DNA of 64,000 nucleotides from Candidatus Nomurabacteria bacterium (GCA_943357245.1 CALRGH010000001.1:13456-77455), one strand, 5' to 3'. Counted from the stretch's first letter, positions 49,187 through 59,860 are shown. Notes: generated by a model not told the origin, from the sequence alone. A program made the numbers and translations.

Positions 49187-50248
49187 ATGTCTCCATTTAG
49201 AAAATCACTCGTATTCATAGGCGACTGTATCATGCTCGCAGCATCATTTTATCTGATGCTTTTTATCCGATTTGGGGCAATACAGGCAGATGTTGTCGCT
49301 GTACACAAAACACCCTTCCTTGTGCTCTTTGGTATTTGGATTCTCTTATTGTATGTATTTGATATGTACGAGCCGAAGTTTTTAAACGTCTCTATTTTTT
49401 CTCTTCGTCACATTGCTATTGTACTCGCAACGCAAACCATAGCCGGCTTCTCTCTTTTTTATCTCGTTCCTTCATTCGGCATCGCACCAAAAACAAATCT
49501 GCTGTTAACGGTCGCCATCTTCGGCATCTTGTTTATTATTTGGCGCCAAATACTTGCAAAGCGAATCGGTATCATCAGAAGCAGTGACCTAGACCAGACA
49601 CACACCCAAGCAATTCCAATCGCAACAATGACAGATGCACTAGCACAAACGTTGTCCGCAAAAAAACAAAGTAATCTCTATGCACTGCCAATGCGCATTA
49701 TTGAAATACTTTTTGCAATCACCATTCTTATCATCACCCTTCCAATTACTCTTGTGGTGATGATTGCCATCAAATTAGAAGACGGCGGAAGTGTGTTCTA
49801 TAAAAATGATCGCGTGGGAAAAAACGATAAGGTTTTTTATTTGTATAAATTTCGATCAATGATCCCAAATGCAGAAACAAATGGCGCAGTATGGGCGCAA
49901 GTAGCTGATACACGCATCACGCGCGTCGGCAGATTCACCCGAAAATTACACATCGATGAAATCCCCCAAATGTGGAATATTTTGCGTGGTGATTTGGCAC
50001 TCGTTGGCCCACGACCAGAACGACCAGAAATAGTGAAAGAATTAGCTGAAAAAATCCCGTATTATGATGTCCGCCACAGTATCAAACCAGGATTTACTGG
50101 CTGGGCACAGATCAAATTCCGCTACGCGCGCTCAGTTTCCGATTCACAGAAAAAATTAGAGTACGATCTCTTCTATATCAAAAATAGAAACTTCTTCATG
50201 GATATCGGCATCATTTTGAAAACGGTGCAGATTATTTTTACGCACTAA
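49187..50248 (+). CDS. Priming undecaprenyl-phosphate sugar transferase (WbaP/WcaJ family)
   Basis: KFRSM, RITRVGRF.R..IDEIPQ, LVGPRPERP, KPGFTGWAQI, YDLFYI. Confidence 0.93.
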   Translation: MSPFRKSLVFIGDCIMLAASFYLMLFIRFGAIQADVVAVHKTPFLVLFGIWILLLYVFDMYEPKFLNVSIFSLRHIAIVLATQTIAGFSLFYLVPSFGIAPKTNLLLTVAIFGILFIIWRQILAKRIGIIRSSDLDQTHTQAIPIATMTDALAQTLSAKKQSNLYALPMRIIEILFAITILIITLPITLVVMIAIKLEDGGSVFYKNDRVGKNDKVFYLYKFRSMIPNAETNGAVWAQVADTRITRVGRFTRKLHIDEIPQMWNILRGDLALVGPRPERPEIVKELAEKIPYYDVRHSIKPGFTGWAQIKFRYARSVSDSQKKLEYDLFYIKNRNFFMDIGIILKTVQIIFTH

Positions 50249-50249
50249 T

Positions 50250-51098
50250 ATGTTGTGGAAATCGCTCGTTAAAAAATTGAGCAATGTTGCATACGTATTT
50301 TTGCGACTACACGCATATTTGCCAGCACGGCACACTTCGCGTACCGTACCAAAAACGAATTTCCTCATCGTCACTATTGCCTTCAACAACAAAGATATTT
50401 TGGAAACACAATATTCATACTTACAAGAAAATCTGGAAGATACATTTGATTATTGTATTGCGGACAATTCGAGCGACAAAAATAAAGCCGAGGGAATAAA
50501 ACAGTTCTGCACGAAAAACAATATTTCGTATATCAAAATCCCTGCAAATCCCCTCACTGGAGTTCGCGCAAGCGGTTCGCATGGTGTGGCGCTGAATTGG
50601 GTGTATCGCAACATCATCAAAAAATATAAACCTACGTATTTTGGATTTTTAGATCACGATATATTCCCTCTCGAGAAAACAAATATTATTAGAAAAATGC
50701 GCGGCGGCTACTACGGCATCATTCGCATGCGGCACGCTCCCTACTGGTATTTTTGGCCGGGATTTTCTTTTTTTGAATATGACAAATTTAAAAAATACTG
50801 TTTTGATTTTGCTCCGTACCATGCAGGAAAAAACGGTCTGACATTTTTAGATACAGGTGGCGCAAATTATTACACGATTTCGCGCAAGATAGACCGGAGC
50901 GTGCTCGCGGAGGCCGCGAGCACGCTTATCGATCTTTCAACCGGAAAAGAATGGATTCGCGGCACCGACACGCGTCGCACCTTTGAACTCATCGACAAAT
51001 CATGGCTCCACATGCGCCAAATTTCCTGGCGCGAAGAAAGCTCTGATAAAATGGATGACTACCAAGAAATGTTACGGATTGCGAAAGAATACAAATAA
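50250..51098 (+). CDS. Putative GT-A fold glycosyltransferase
   Basis: IADNS, FLDHDIF (DxD), DTGG; 1 nt after the priming transferase. Confidence 0.6.
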   Translation: MLWKSLVKKLSNVAYVFLRLHAYLPARHTSRTVPKTNFLIVTIAFNNKDILETQYSYLQENLEDTFDYCIADNSSDKNKAEGIKQFCTKNNISYIKIPANPLTGVRASGSHGVALNWVYRNIIKKYKPTYFGFLDHDIFPLEKTNIIRKMRGGYYGIIRMRHAPYWYFWPGFSFFEYDKFKKYCFDFAPYHAGKNGLTFLDTGGANYYTISRKIDRSVLAEAASTLIDLSTGKEWIRGTDTRRTFELIDKSWLHMRQISWREESSDKMDDYQEMLRIAKEYK

Positions 51099-51143
51099 AA
51101 ACAGAAAACCCACCGAAGCAGATTTTCTGCTGGTGGGTTTTAA

Positions 51144-51634
51144 TTATTTAATACCATCTTTAAAATTCTGATATTTCCATTTTACATCTGATAACTCATT
51201 CTCAAGAAATTCTTGCCGTATGGGGTTCTTTGAGTACATCCTCACCCACTCAGTATATTGTTTTTCAACATATTGTTGACCGTAACCGCTTTTTTCAAGT
51301 TCGTATCTAACTGTTTTATGCACATCATCTTGAAGATATTTGTAATCTTGGGATTTGACCCCTAATTCACTCTTTTTATCTTCAATTGCTTGCATGAACA
51401 TATCATGATGATCCTTATTCAAACTGTCCCTGAATCTCTTTCTTTCGGAAAAAGGAAGGAGGGAATCAATGGTTTTAGTTAATGAAGCAATTTTTATTTG
51501 ATAAGCATTATCAGTTTTAATACTGTCTTGAATAAAGCTTACTCTTTCTTGTTTTTTTGCTGTTGATTTTTACCGCAAGAACAAATAAAAAATATAGCTA
51601 CAATAGCAACAACGGAAACAAATGTATTTTTCAT
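51144..51634 (-). pseudogene. Frameshifted lipoprotein-like gene
   Basis: MKNTFVSVVAIVAIFFICSCGKN stops after 31 aa; another frame continues through A5/A7 runs (51552-51571) into the 92-aa ORF. Confidence 0.6.
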
Positions 51635-51808
51635 TTTTAGTTTTATTTGGTGACCACAAAAGACAATTTCTTGTCTCCTCTGGTCACCAATAAAACCTTG
51701 TGTTTCAAAGAATCATTATTAAGTATATTATAGTATGAAAGTCAAGTACCCTTTTAACCCAAAAACCCAATGGCTACAAGGGTAAATTCATGGTATAAAC
51801 AAGCATAT

Positions 51809-53050
51809 ATGTTTGCCGCGATTACGAACAGATTGGATTCTTTTTTCCATCTCGACACCAAAAAATTGCTCGGTAGAGCATCGTATTTGCTCGGCAGTCA
51901 GGCAGTAAGTAATCTGTTCTCTTTTGCTGTCGCTCTTGCCGCGGCGTATTTTATCAGCAAAGAGACCTACGGCACCTACCGCTATATTCTTTCAACACTC
52001 TCGTTCATTGGTGCATTCTCACTCACAGGATTAGGCACGCCCATCATCCGAAGTGTGGCACGTGGATATGATCATCTCTTTGCAACGTCTATCCTTCGCT
52101 CTCTTTTGTGGTCTATCCCTGCAATCCTCGTCGGTGCAGGTATTGGTGTGTGGTATCTCGTGCATCAAAATACAGTGCTCGGATTCTCAATTCTACTTGG
52201 TGCGATCGCATTCCCTACCATACAAGCATTCCTCTGGTACCGCTCATATTTAAACGGTAAAAAATATTTCCGTGCGCTCATGAAGACCAACATCGCGTAT
52301 TCGGTACTGACGTCAGGTGCGATCATTGTGACATTACTCATGCGTCCGTCTGCAATCACCCTCGTTGTCGTGTACTGCGTCGCAAATGTACTAACGCTCG
52401 TCGTCCTTACTACTATCATCCGAAAAAAATTTCGTCCAAACAATCTACAAGATCCGGAAGCAGGAAAACTGGAGCACCACATGAGTCTTATGAATGTTTT
52501 GGATATCGGCGCAACGCAATTAGATAAAATAATTCTTTTCCAAGTTGCAGGCCCTATAGAAGTTGCGCGATACACATTTGCGACACTCTTACCAGAGCAA
52601 TTGCGCAATGTGCTCAAATATATTCCGCAACTTTCCATGCCTATTTTTGCAAGCCTTCCAACAGATACCGCAAAATCAAAGGGGTTGTTTTTGGTGAAGA
52701 AATTATTCCTCGTCACTATTCCGATTGTCATCGTGTACATACTCGTTGCACCACTTGCCTATAAACTTCTTTTTCCAAATTACACAGAGGTTATTATGTA
52801 TTCACAAGTATTTGCGCTCATGCTCATCTTTGATGGCGGGATCAGTGGTACTATTTTAAAAGCGAAAAATAAAGTACAAAGTTTGTATATAGTGACAGTG
52901 ACTTCTAATATTGTCCGAATTATACTTCTTGTTGTCTTTGGATTCTTGTGGGGCATTTGGGGAGTAATCGGATCAAGAATAATAAGTCGCATTATTAGTT
53001 TTGTTGTTGCATATATAGCAGTACGAAAAATCCCTGTACAAGCAGTATGA
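51809..53050 (+). CDS. Wzx-type oligosaccharide flippase
   Basis: Multi-TM, YGTYRY, QLDKIIL motif. Confidence 0.85.
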   Translation: MFAAITNRLDSFFHLDTKKLLGRASYLLGSQAVSNLFSFAVALAAAYFISKETYGTYRYILSTLSFIGAFSLTGLGTPIIRSVARGYDHLFATSILRSLLWSIPAILVGAGIGVWYLVHQNTVLGFSILLGAIAFPTIQAFLWYRSYLNGKKYFRALMKTNIAYSVLTSGAIIVTLLMRPSAITLVVVYCVANVLTLVVLTTIIRKKFRPNNLQDPEAGKLEHHMSLMNVLDIGATQLDKIILFQVAGPIEVARYTFATLLPEQLRNVLKYIPQLSMPIFASLPTDTAKSKGLFLVKKLFLVTIPIVIVYILVAPLAYKLLFPNYTEVIMYSQVFALMLIFDGGISGTILKAKNKVQSLYIVTVTSNIVRIILLVVFGFLWGIWGVIGSRIISRIISFVVAYIAVRKIPVQAV

Positions 53051-54255
53051 AATTCTCCTCGCTAAAAATAAATACCATCGTTATCTCCATACTTGCCGTC
53101 CTTGCGCTTGCAGTGAGCATATTCTTCGCATATTCTTTTCCAAAACTCCCTGTCATTTCTGATTCTGCAGATTACCACGAAATTGCGTCACGTATACTCA
53201 CCGACAAAACATATGTAACTATTTCAAGCGATAAAATTCTCTATCCGCCAATGTATCCCATATTCTTATCTGTCGTGTATGCGTTCACCCATATTGGTTC
53301 ATTTACATCAGTCTACTTTGTACAATATCTGCTCGTGGGTCTGATGGCTGTTCTTGTTTTTTTAATACTGCGAAGATTTGCAAAAGTATCGATCGGACTT
53401 TGTGTACTTGCTTCACTTGCAACTCTTTTCTGGCCGTATTTTATTTTGTATTCACAGTTAGTGAGTTCAGAAATTGTATATTCATTTTTATTGTTACTTT
53501 TCTTTTATTTATTTTTACATATCAAAAAAGAATCTTCCAACAAACTCGTTGTCGCTTCCGGAATAATCTTGGGTCTCGCACTCATTACCCGCCCTGTCGC
53601 ACTCCTTATGTTGCCATGGATATTGATTGGATTTTTTATACTCGGAAAAATGCCGAAAATATTTGGTGTATTTTCTGTGCCGTGGAAAAAATATCTTCTT
53701 ATTCTTCTTGTCACAACAATCGTCCTCGTGCCATGGATCACCTACGTAAAAATAAAATATGATAGATTTATTCCTATCGCATCGAATTTGTCATTTGTCT
53801 TCAAAAAAGCAAATAGTACGTTCGCATATTTGCCAGATACTGCGCCACGGGAACAAGAAAGTAAATTTGTTTCTCTGCTCAAAGTCAAAGCAAAAAATAT
53901 CTACTTATTCTGGGATCCGGGCGCGTCTGGCTACCATCTCGACATCATCAAAACAACATACCCTGTCGCGGGTTTCGCAGTATCATTTTATAAAATCTTT
54001 TTCTTTCTCGTACTTTTCTTGGCGGGCTTTGGTGCGGTGTTACTCCGCAAAAATCCTCTCGTACAAATCTGCGTCCTGCTTATCACCTATTTCTGGGCAC
54101 TCCACACTGTCCTTTTTCCCTTCCCTCGCTACACATTGCCAATTATCCCGTATGTCGTTATAGTTGCTGTAGTCGCATTTTCTTATGGAACAACATACTT
54201 CAAAACCGCGCGTATTCATCGCCTTACCGGCAAAGAACGAGAGTCACGCAATTAA
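53047..54255 (+). CDS. GT-C membrane glycosyltransferase (ArnT/PMT-like)
   Basis: DSADY, YPPMYP, SE, LITRP, PRYTLP; many TMs. Confidence 0.75.
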   Translation: MKFSSLKINTIVISILAVLALAVSIFFAYSFPKLPVISDSADYHEIASRILTDKTYVTISSDKILYPPMYPIFLSVVYAFTHIGSFTSVYFVQYLLVGLMAVLVFLILRRFAKVSIGLCVLASLATLFWPYFILYSQLVSSEIVYSFLLLLFFYLFLHIKKESSNKLVVASGIILGLALITRPVALLMLPWILIGFFILGKMPKIFGVFSVPWKKYLLILLVTTIVLVPWITYVKIKYDRFIPIASNLSFVFKKANSTFAYLPDTAPREQESKFVSLLKVKAKNIYLFWDPGASGYHLDIIKTTYPVAGFAVSFYKIFFFLVLFLAGFGAVLLRKNPLVQICVLLITYFWALHTVLFPFPRYTLPIIPYVVIVAVVAFSYGTTYFKTARIHRLTGKERESRN

Positions 54256-55150
54256 ACAAACGCTTGCAAATATACAGCAAATGGTCGCACACACAAGTGA
54301 CTATGATTTTTCTATTACTGTTTTTGATGATGCTTCGACTGATGACACGGGAGCAATCGCGCTTGCCAATAGTTGTGCCGTCGAGCGAATTCATAAAAGT
54401 CGTGGACTTGGCTACGTCTTCACACAAATTACCTCTGCCTTCTTGAAAAGCGGTGCAGATTTTTTGGTAACAATTGACGCCGATAATCAGTTTGACCCAA
54501 ACGAAATTCCTCTGTTACTTGCACCACTTACAGATGGTCGCGCAGATTTTGTGACCGGCTCACGATTTTTAAAACAATCAAACACCTCTGGTATTAGTGC
54601 TATTAAAAAAATAGGCAACAAAGTGGGCGCGCGATATATTAGTTCAATTTTAGGAGAACAATTTTCCGATGTCACCTGCGGCTTCCGCGCATCTTCTCGC
54701 GAAGCAATATTGCAATTACATACATTTGCCGATTTTACCTACACGCAAGAAGTATTTTTAAATTTGGGAATCAAAAAAATTTCTATTGTCGAAATACCTA
54801 TCACGACTATTTATCACAAAGAAAGAAAATCAAAAATAGTTACCAGTGTGTGTTCATATATTGCAAAATCGCTCAAAATTATTTTGAAATTTACGATTGT
54901 CTACGCACCAATGCGACTCTTTGGAACACTCGGCAATCTCTCTTTTTTACTCGCGATTGCATCTAGTATATTTGTTTTTTTCTGGAATCAGGCAACCGGA
55001 AGTGTAACACCGTACAAATGGCTCGCTGTCGTGGGAGTCTCTGCTGGCGGCGCAGGATTACTCTTTTATTCTGTGGGTATCCTGCTCCAAATCACCAGTC
55101 GAATCCAATTAACCATAGAAAAAGTATTATATGAATCAAGAAAAAGATAA
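54185..55150 (+). CDS. GT2 polyprenol-phosphate glycosyltransferase (DPM-synthase-like)
   Basis: PAKNE, DDASTD, DADNQ, GSRF, DVTCGFRA; two C-terminal TMs. Confidence 0.88.
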   Translation: MEQHTSKPRVFIALPAKNESHAIKQTLANIQQMVAHTSDYDFSITVFDDASTDDTGAIALANSCAVERIHKSRGLGYVFTQITSAFLKSGADFLVTIDADNQFDPNEIPLLLAPLTDGRADFVTGSRFLKQSNTSGISAIKKIGNKVGARYISSILGEQFSDVTCGFRASSREAILQLHTFADFTYTQEVFLNLGIKKISIVEIPITTIYHKERKSKIVTSVCSYIAKSLKIILKFTIVYAPMRLFGTLGNLSFLLAIASSIFVFFWNQATGSVTPYKWLAVVGVSAGGAGLLFYSVGILLQITSRIQLTIEKVLYESRKR

Positions 55151-55751
55151 TATCACCATTACGCAATTTACGGACAAATACACAAAGACGGGCAAGGTCG
55201 GTAATTTTTTGGTGCGCAACTTTTTTAAGACTATTCGCAAACTCTCGCCCACCGACGCAACAAGTGTCCTTGAAGTTGGTTGTGGTGCTGGATATTCGAT
55301 GGAAGAACTCCGCACTTTTTTCAAAGAAGGCACGACATTTACCGCATGCGATATTGACCCAGAACTAGTCCGTCTCACAAAAGAAAAAAATCCCTCTGTC
55401 GATTGTCAGACTGCGTCCATCTATGCACTTCCCTACGCCGATCATTCATTTGACTGTGTCTTTTGTTTGGAAGTATTAGAACATTTAGAAGAACCAGAAA
55501 AAGCCCTTGCGGAGCTTGCGCGTGTATCAAAAAAATATATCATCGCAAGTACACCACGCGAACCGATTTGGCGAGCGCTTAATATGGCACGGGGCAAATA
55601 TTTGCGCGATTTCGGCAATACGCACGGTCACATCAATCACTGGTCGTCACGCGCCCTCCGCACGCTTGTTGCGCGTTATTTTGATATCGCTAAAGTAAAA
55701 AAACCACTTCCGTGGACAATGATATATGGAAAAATTAAAAGCACACGCTAA
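55131..55751 (+). CDS. Class I SAM-dependent methyltransferase
   Basis: VLEVGCGAG, LPYADHSFD, EVLEHL. Confidence 0.9.
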   Translation: MNQEKDNITITQFTDKYTKTGKVGNFLVRNFFKTIRKLSPTDATSVLEVGCGAGYSMEELRTFFKEGTTFTACDIDPELVRLTKEKNPSVDCQTASIYALPYADHSFDCVFCLEVLEHLEEPEKALAELARVSKKYIIASTPREPIWRALNMARGKYLRDFGNTHGHINHWSSRALRTLVARYFDIAKVKKPLPWTMIYGKIKSTR

Positions 55752-56136
55752 AAAAATAATTACCTGGCATACATTTTGGCAGATGTTCCGTTATGGGCTC
55801 ATCACACTTTCGAGCTACTTCTTTATTATCGCGGTTGTATTTTTACTCAAGAAGATACCCATAGACGAAAAAATTGCGTACGCAATTGCACTCTCCGTTG
55901 CCTATGTGGGTGTCTATATCGGCTATAACAAATTTGTATTTAAAACTGCGCACAACACCAAAATGTTGCACCGATTTTTGGTTGTCCTTGCACTTTCATG
56001 GATTGGCAATAATATACTCTTCGCATTTTGGACAAGTATTCTCTTTATTTCTTATCCGATTGCAACAGCACTTAATACACTCGTATTAGGAGTAGCTCGT
56101 TTCTTTGCACAAAAATTTTATGTCCGTAAATCCTAA
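55726..56136 (+). CDS. GtrA-family protein
   Basis: Four TMs, RYG, NKFVFK, QKFYVR. Confidence 0.75.
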   Translation: MEKLKAHAKKIITWHTFWQMFRYGLITLSSYFFIIAVVFLLKKIPIDEKIAYAIALSVAYVGVYIGYNKFVFKTAHNTKMLHRFLVVLALSWIGNNILFAFWTSILFISYPIATALNTLVLGVARFFAQKFYVRKS

Positions 56137-56959
56137 ACCAACAATTGCACTCACGTTTGATGTTGAACTCTGGAGCGAAGGCGCGTGGCTCAAACCGCAT
56201 ATCACAGAAGATATGCTCGCCCACGATCCGTTTCCGAAATCTATGGAACGAGTCTTAAACGCACTCAAAAAATACAGCGCGCACGCGACATTTTTTGTGA
56301 CGCTCGACGTTACCGAAAAATATCCGCACATTTTGAAACAGATTGCTGATGACGGCCACGAAATTGGGATTCATGGTCCGAGACACATTCGCCTTTCCGA
56401 ATATACTCCGGAAACTTTCAAACAAGATTGTGAAAAACAAATTACACTTATTGAAACGGCAACTGACGCGAAAGTCAAAAATAATAATTTAGGCTTTCGC
56501 GCCGCACACTTCTCACTCGATAAAAAAACTGAATGGATTTTGCCTATTTTAAAAGATCTCGGCTTCACCTATGACTCAAGCATCTTTCCTATGAACATGG
56601 GTGAATACGGTGTTGCAGACGCACAGCTTGATCGTTACGAAATTATTCCCGGTCTTACCGAAATCCCAACATCAGTCGCAACTATATTTGGATTTCGTAT
56701 TCCCTTTGCCGGCGGTATTTACTTCCGCTTCCTTCCTCTTTTCATATTCAAATGGTTTGTACATTCTGTTGCAAAAACGCGCACTCCCATTATTTATTTT
56801 CATCCGCACGAACTCGACTCCTCAACTCCTCAAATAAAATCCGGTCCCTACATCCGAAGACTCTTAAAGTATTGGAATACAAAAAATAGTTTCAAAAAGT
56901 TTGAAAAGCTACTTAATTGTTATATATTTGATTCAATCAAACATATCAATCATCTATGA
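56120..56959 (+). CDS. Polysaccharide deacetylase (DUF3473-containing type)
   Basis: TFDVE, ATFFV, GHEIGIHG..H, GFRA, YDSS, GGIYFR, YFHPHE. Confidence 0.88.
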   Translation: MSVNPKPTIALTFDVELWSEGAWLKPHITEDMLAHDPFPKSMERVLNALKKYSAHATFFVTLDVTEKYPHILKQIADDGHEIGIHGPRHIRLSEYTPETFKQDCEKQITLIETATDAKVKNNNLGFRAAHFSLDKKTEWILPILKDLGFTYDSSIFPMNMGEYGVADAQLDRYEIIPGLTEIPTSVATIFGFRIPFAGGIYFRFLPLFIFKWFVHSVAKTRTPIIYFHPHELDSSTPQIKSGPYIRRLLKYWNTKNSFKKFEKLLNCYIFDSIKHINHL

Positions 56960-57663
56960 CAGGACTCATCTTAGCCGGTGGGCGAGGCACCAGACTTCGT
57001 CCTCATACAGAGGAAATACCAAAGCCGTTACTCGAAGTGAATGGTAAGGCAATTTTGGGCTACCAGATCGAAATGTTAGCCAAAGAGCAGGTTTCCCCTA
57101 TCGTCATCGTGACGGGTTTTTTGGCGCATAAAATCGAAGAGTATGTGCAAACTCACTACTCTGATCAAAAAATTATTTTTGTAAACAATCCGGCATTTGA
57201 GGATTCCAGACCAGCATTTGGCGTCATTGCCGCACTTCCCCAATTGCATAGCGACGTCCTTTATCTGAATGGTGATGTGCATTGCGATCTTAAAGTACTT
57301 GCTGATGTCATTCACTCCCCACATGAATCTGTCACCGCTATCCAAAAAATTACATGGGAAGAGGAGCAAGTAAACGTCGTCACAGATGAAGATATGCGCA
57401 TTCACCATATCGGCAAACATATTACGGAACACGATAGCGATGGCGAATTTATCGGCGTCACCAAACTTTCAAACGATTTTATCGATACAATAAAAAAAAC
57501 AGTCGCCACAGAAGGCGCTGAAACATTCAGATATTCATTTGCTGTAGATTTGATTAATCACGTCGTCAATGTGCATAAAAAAGAGCTCCACGCCGTCGAT
57601 GTTACTGCCTCTCATGCAATCGAAATAGACACCGCAGAAGATTTGGCGCGGGCACAAAACTAA
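56956..57663 (+). CDS. LicC/PntC-like phosphocholine/phosphonate cytidylyltransferase
   Basis: ILAGGRGTRL, PKPL, NGDV, GEFIGV, EIDTAEDL. Confidence 0.8.
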   Translation: MTGLILAGGRGTRLRPHTEEIPKPLLEVNGKAILGYQIEMLAKEQVSPIVIVTGFLAHKIEEYVQTHYSDQKIIFVNNPAFEDSRPAFGVIAALPQLHSDVLYLNGDVHCDLKVLADVIHSPHESVTAIQKITWEEEQVNVVTDEDMRIHHIGKHITEHDSDGEFIGVTKLSNDFIDTIKKTVATEGAETFRYSFAVDLINHVVNVHKKELHAVDVTASHAIEIDTAEDLARAQN

Positions 57664-57664
57664 C

Positions 57665-58741
57665 ATGTTATTTCGCAATAAAAATCTGTGGGTATTCATA
57701 GGCTGGCACAGCTCGAATCAGGGCGAGATTTTTTCTGATAATGCAAAACATTTTTTATTGTATGTGCACAAAGAGCATCCGGAAATTAAAAGCATCTGGC
57801 TCGCAAAAGATAGAGCACTTGCGCGACGATTGCGGAGTGAAGGATTTCGTTCCTACTATCAAAAAAGCCTTCTTGGTATCTGGTACGCGCTTCGCGCGGA
57901 CTATGTCGTCATCGATGCATTTTTACAAAAATATAATGTGCTTTTTTCGCATGGCGTAAAAATCGTCCAATTGCTCCACGGCAAAGGACTTAAGAAAAAA
58001 GGCTATGCGCAGACACCATTGCAGAAAAACGATTTTATATTTGGCACCTCTCCGTTCACTAATTCCCTACTCCCTGCCGAATTCACTGCCGGTGCGCAGA
58101 TGTGCGTAGCTGGCTATTCGCGCAATGATCAATTATTTAGTCGCGAGAAAAGTTATTTTTCCGCCGAAGAAGAAAAATTAGTTGACATTCTAGAGTCGCA
58201 CAGAAACAATAGTAAAAAAATAATCATGTACGCGCCGACATTCCGCCGTGGCAATGCGCATTTTAATCCGGAAGATCATTTCAATAGAGAAACAGCAGAG
58301 GCTTTTGCGCAAAAAAATAATGTTGTATTCCTCGTATCTATGCACGCTAAGTATCGGGCACGAAAAATCTTGTCTGTAGGCGATATTATTATCGATATGC
58401 CCGAATGCGATATTAATTCCATTATGCCTTTTATCGACATTCTTATTACTGACTACTCTTCGTCTTATGTAGACTATCTCCTGCTCGACAGACCGATCAT
58501 CTTTTATATCTACGATATCGATGCGTATCACGCAAAAGAAGGACTGATCGACGACTACGAAAGCCATATGCCCGGCGCAAAAATAAAAAGCGAACAAAAC
58601 TTGTTCGGTGAAATCACGAATCTTCTCGCAGGTAACGACACGTGTCGTGACGAACGCAAAAAAGTGCGTGATCTATATCACACCTATCAAGACGGCAACT
58701 CGTCAGAGCGAATCTTTGCCACGATACGTCCGAAGAAATAA
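57665..58741 (+). CDS. CDP-glycerol glycerophosphotransferase family (TagB/TagF-like)
   Basis: SDNAK, QLLHG..LKK, GYSRND, YAPTFR, ITDYSS, DGNSSERI. Confidence 0.9.
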   Translation: MLFRNKNLWVFIGWHSSNQGEIFSDNAKHFLLYVHKEHPEIKSIWLAKDRALARRLRSEGFRSYYQKSLLGIWYALRADYVVIDAFLQKYNVLFSHGVKIVQLLHGKGLKKKGYAQTPLQKNDFIFGTSPFTNSLLPAEFTAGAQMCVAGYSRNDQLFSREKSYFSAEEEKLVDILESHRNNSKKIIMYAPTFRRGNAHFNPEDHFNRETAEAFAQKNNVVFLVSMHAKYRARKILSVGDIIIDMPECDINSIMPFIDILITDYSSSYVDYLLLDRPIIFYIYDIDAYHAKEGLIDDYESHMPGAKIKSEQNLFGEITNLLAGNDTCRDERKKVRDLYHTYQDGNSSERIFATIRPKK

Positions 58742-59860
58742 ATCGTTGTATTTGTTAATATAGGTGTCTGTACCAAATAATTGTGCGCTTTCGACTGCAG
58801 TATGTTTGTATTTTTCAAGTGTCGTAGTATCTAAAGAAAGTATTACTTCCAATTTCGACGCCATGGCGACCGAATCATTGCCCAAGAAAAGACCATTCTG
58901 CCCATCTTTCAAATATTCGCTGACACCAGAAACGCGGGTCGAAAGAAGTGGCAAACCAAAGGCAAGGCCATTCATTGCCGCAATACAGAATCCTTCACGA
59001 ACGGAGGTGAGTAAGAAAAAATCCGAGACAGCATAAAATCGGTAAATGTCTTTTCGCTCACCGAGTAAAATGACATTTTTCTCCACGTGGAGATTTTTGA
59101 TTTGCTCTTCTAATTTTTCTCGCAATGGACCATCACCAATAATCACCAATTTTGCATCAGGATAGTTTGGAATAATGCGCGCAAAGGCATCGATCATCAG
59201 TGTATGATTTTTTTGAGTTGAAAGACGTGCGACATTAAGAAAAATTTTGTCATTTGACACAAGTCTTATTTCTTGTCGGATATCATTTTTTTGCGTCGAA
59301 TAAAGTGTTTGTGCTTTTCCTATTTCACCGAGCTCTACCCCGTTGTAAATGACGGTAAATTTTTCTTTTGCTATTCCTTCTGTTCTAGTGATATGCTCTA
59401 CCACCCCTTGCGAGTCCGCCACAATTGTATAGGCAAGTGGAGATAATAATTTATTCAAAAATCGCACATGATAAGGGCGTGCAATATCCGTATTGTGCTC
59501 TGCGGTAATTACCTTATATCCAAAAAACGGTTTGAGTACAAGAGCTATGATATTACTGAAAAATAAACTTGCTTTAACGATATCTGGTTGTATTTGTCGC
59601 AATACACGAATCAAGGCAACCCATGCACGCACATCAAAAAATCTTCGGAAGTGTAGTTTGTAAATAGGTACGTCAGTCGGCACAAGATCATAAAAATCTC
59701 CCTTCCCTGGAAATTGTGAGAGTGAGATAATAGAAAGAGAAAAAATGTTCCGATCAAGCAAGGTGACCTGATCTAAAATTAATTTTTGTACACCGCCCAC
59801 CATAAAATCATTGGTGATGATGGCGACTTTTATTCTTGTCTTATTTTCGTTCGAGTACAT
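58703..59860 (-). CDS. GT4 glycosyltransferase
   Basis: GGVQ, VIYNGV, VARL..QKNH, IGDG, SVREGF. Confidence 0.9.
   Translation of the reverse strand: MYSNENKTRIKVAIITNDFMVGGVQKLILDQVTLLDRNIFSLSIISLSQFPGKGDFYDLVPTDVPIYKLHFRRFFDVRAWVALIRVLRQIQPDIVKASLFFSNIIALVLKPFFGYKVITAEHNTDIARPYHVRFLNKLLSPLAYTIVADSQGVVEHITRTEGIAKEKFTVIYNGVELGEIGKAQTLYSTQKNDIRQEIRLVSNDKIFLNVARLSTQKNHTLMIDAFARIIPNYPDAKLVIIGDGPLREKLEEQIKNLHVEKNVILLGERKDIYRFYAVSDFFLLTSVREGFCIAAMNGLAFGLPLLSTRVSGVSEYLKDGQNGLFLGNDSVAMASKLEVILSLDTTTLEKYKHTAVESAQLFGTDTYINKYNDLFLRTYRGKDSL

Noticed and set aside
57665-58741. Canonical wall teichoic acid pathway
   Set aside because: No tagA, tagD or tagGH in the window; the adjacent nucleotidyltransferase is LicC-type rather than TagD-type
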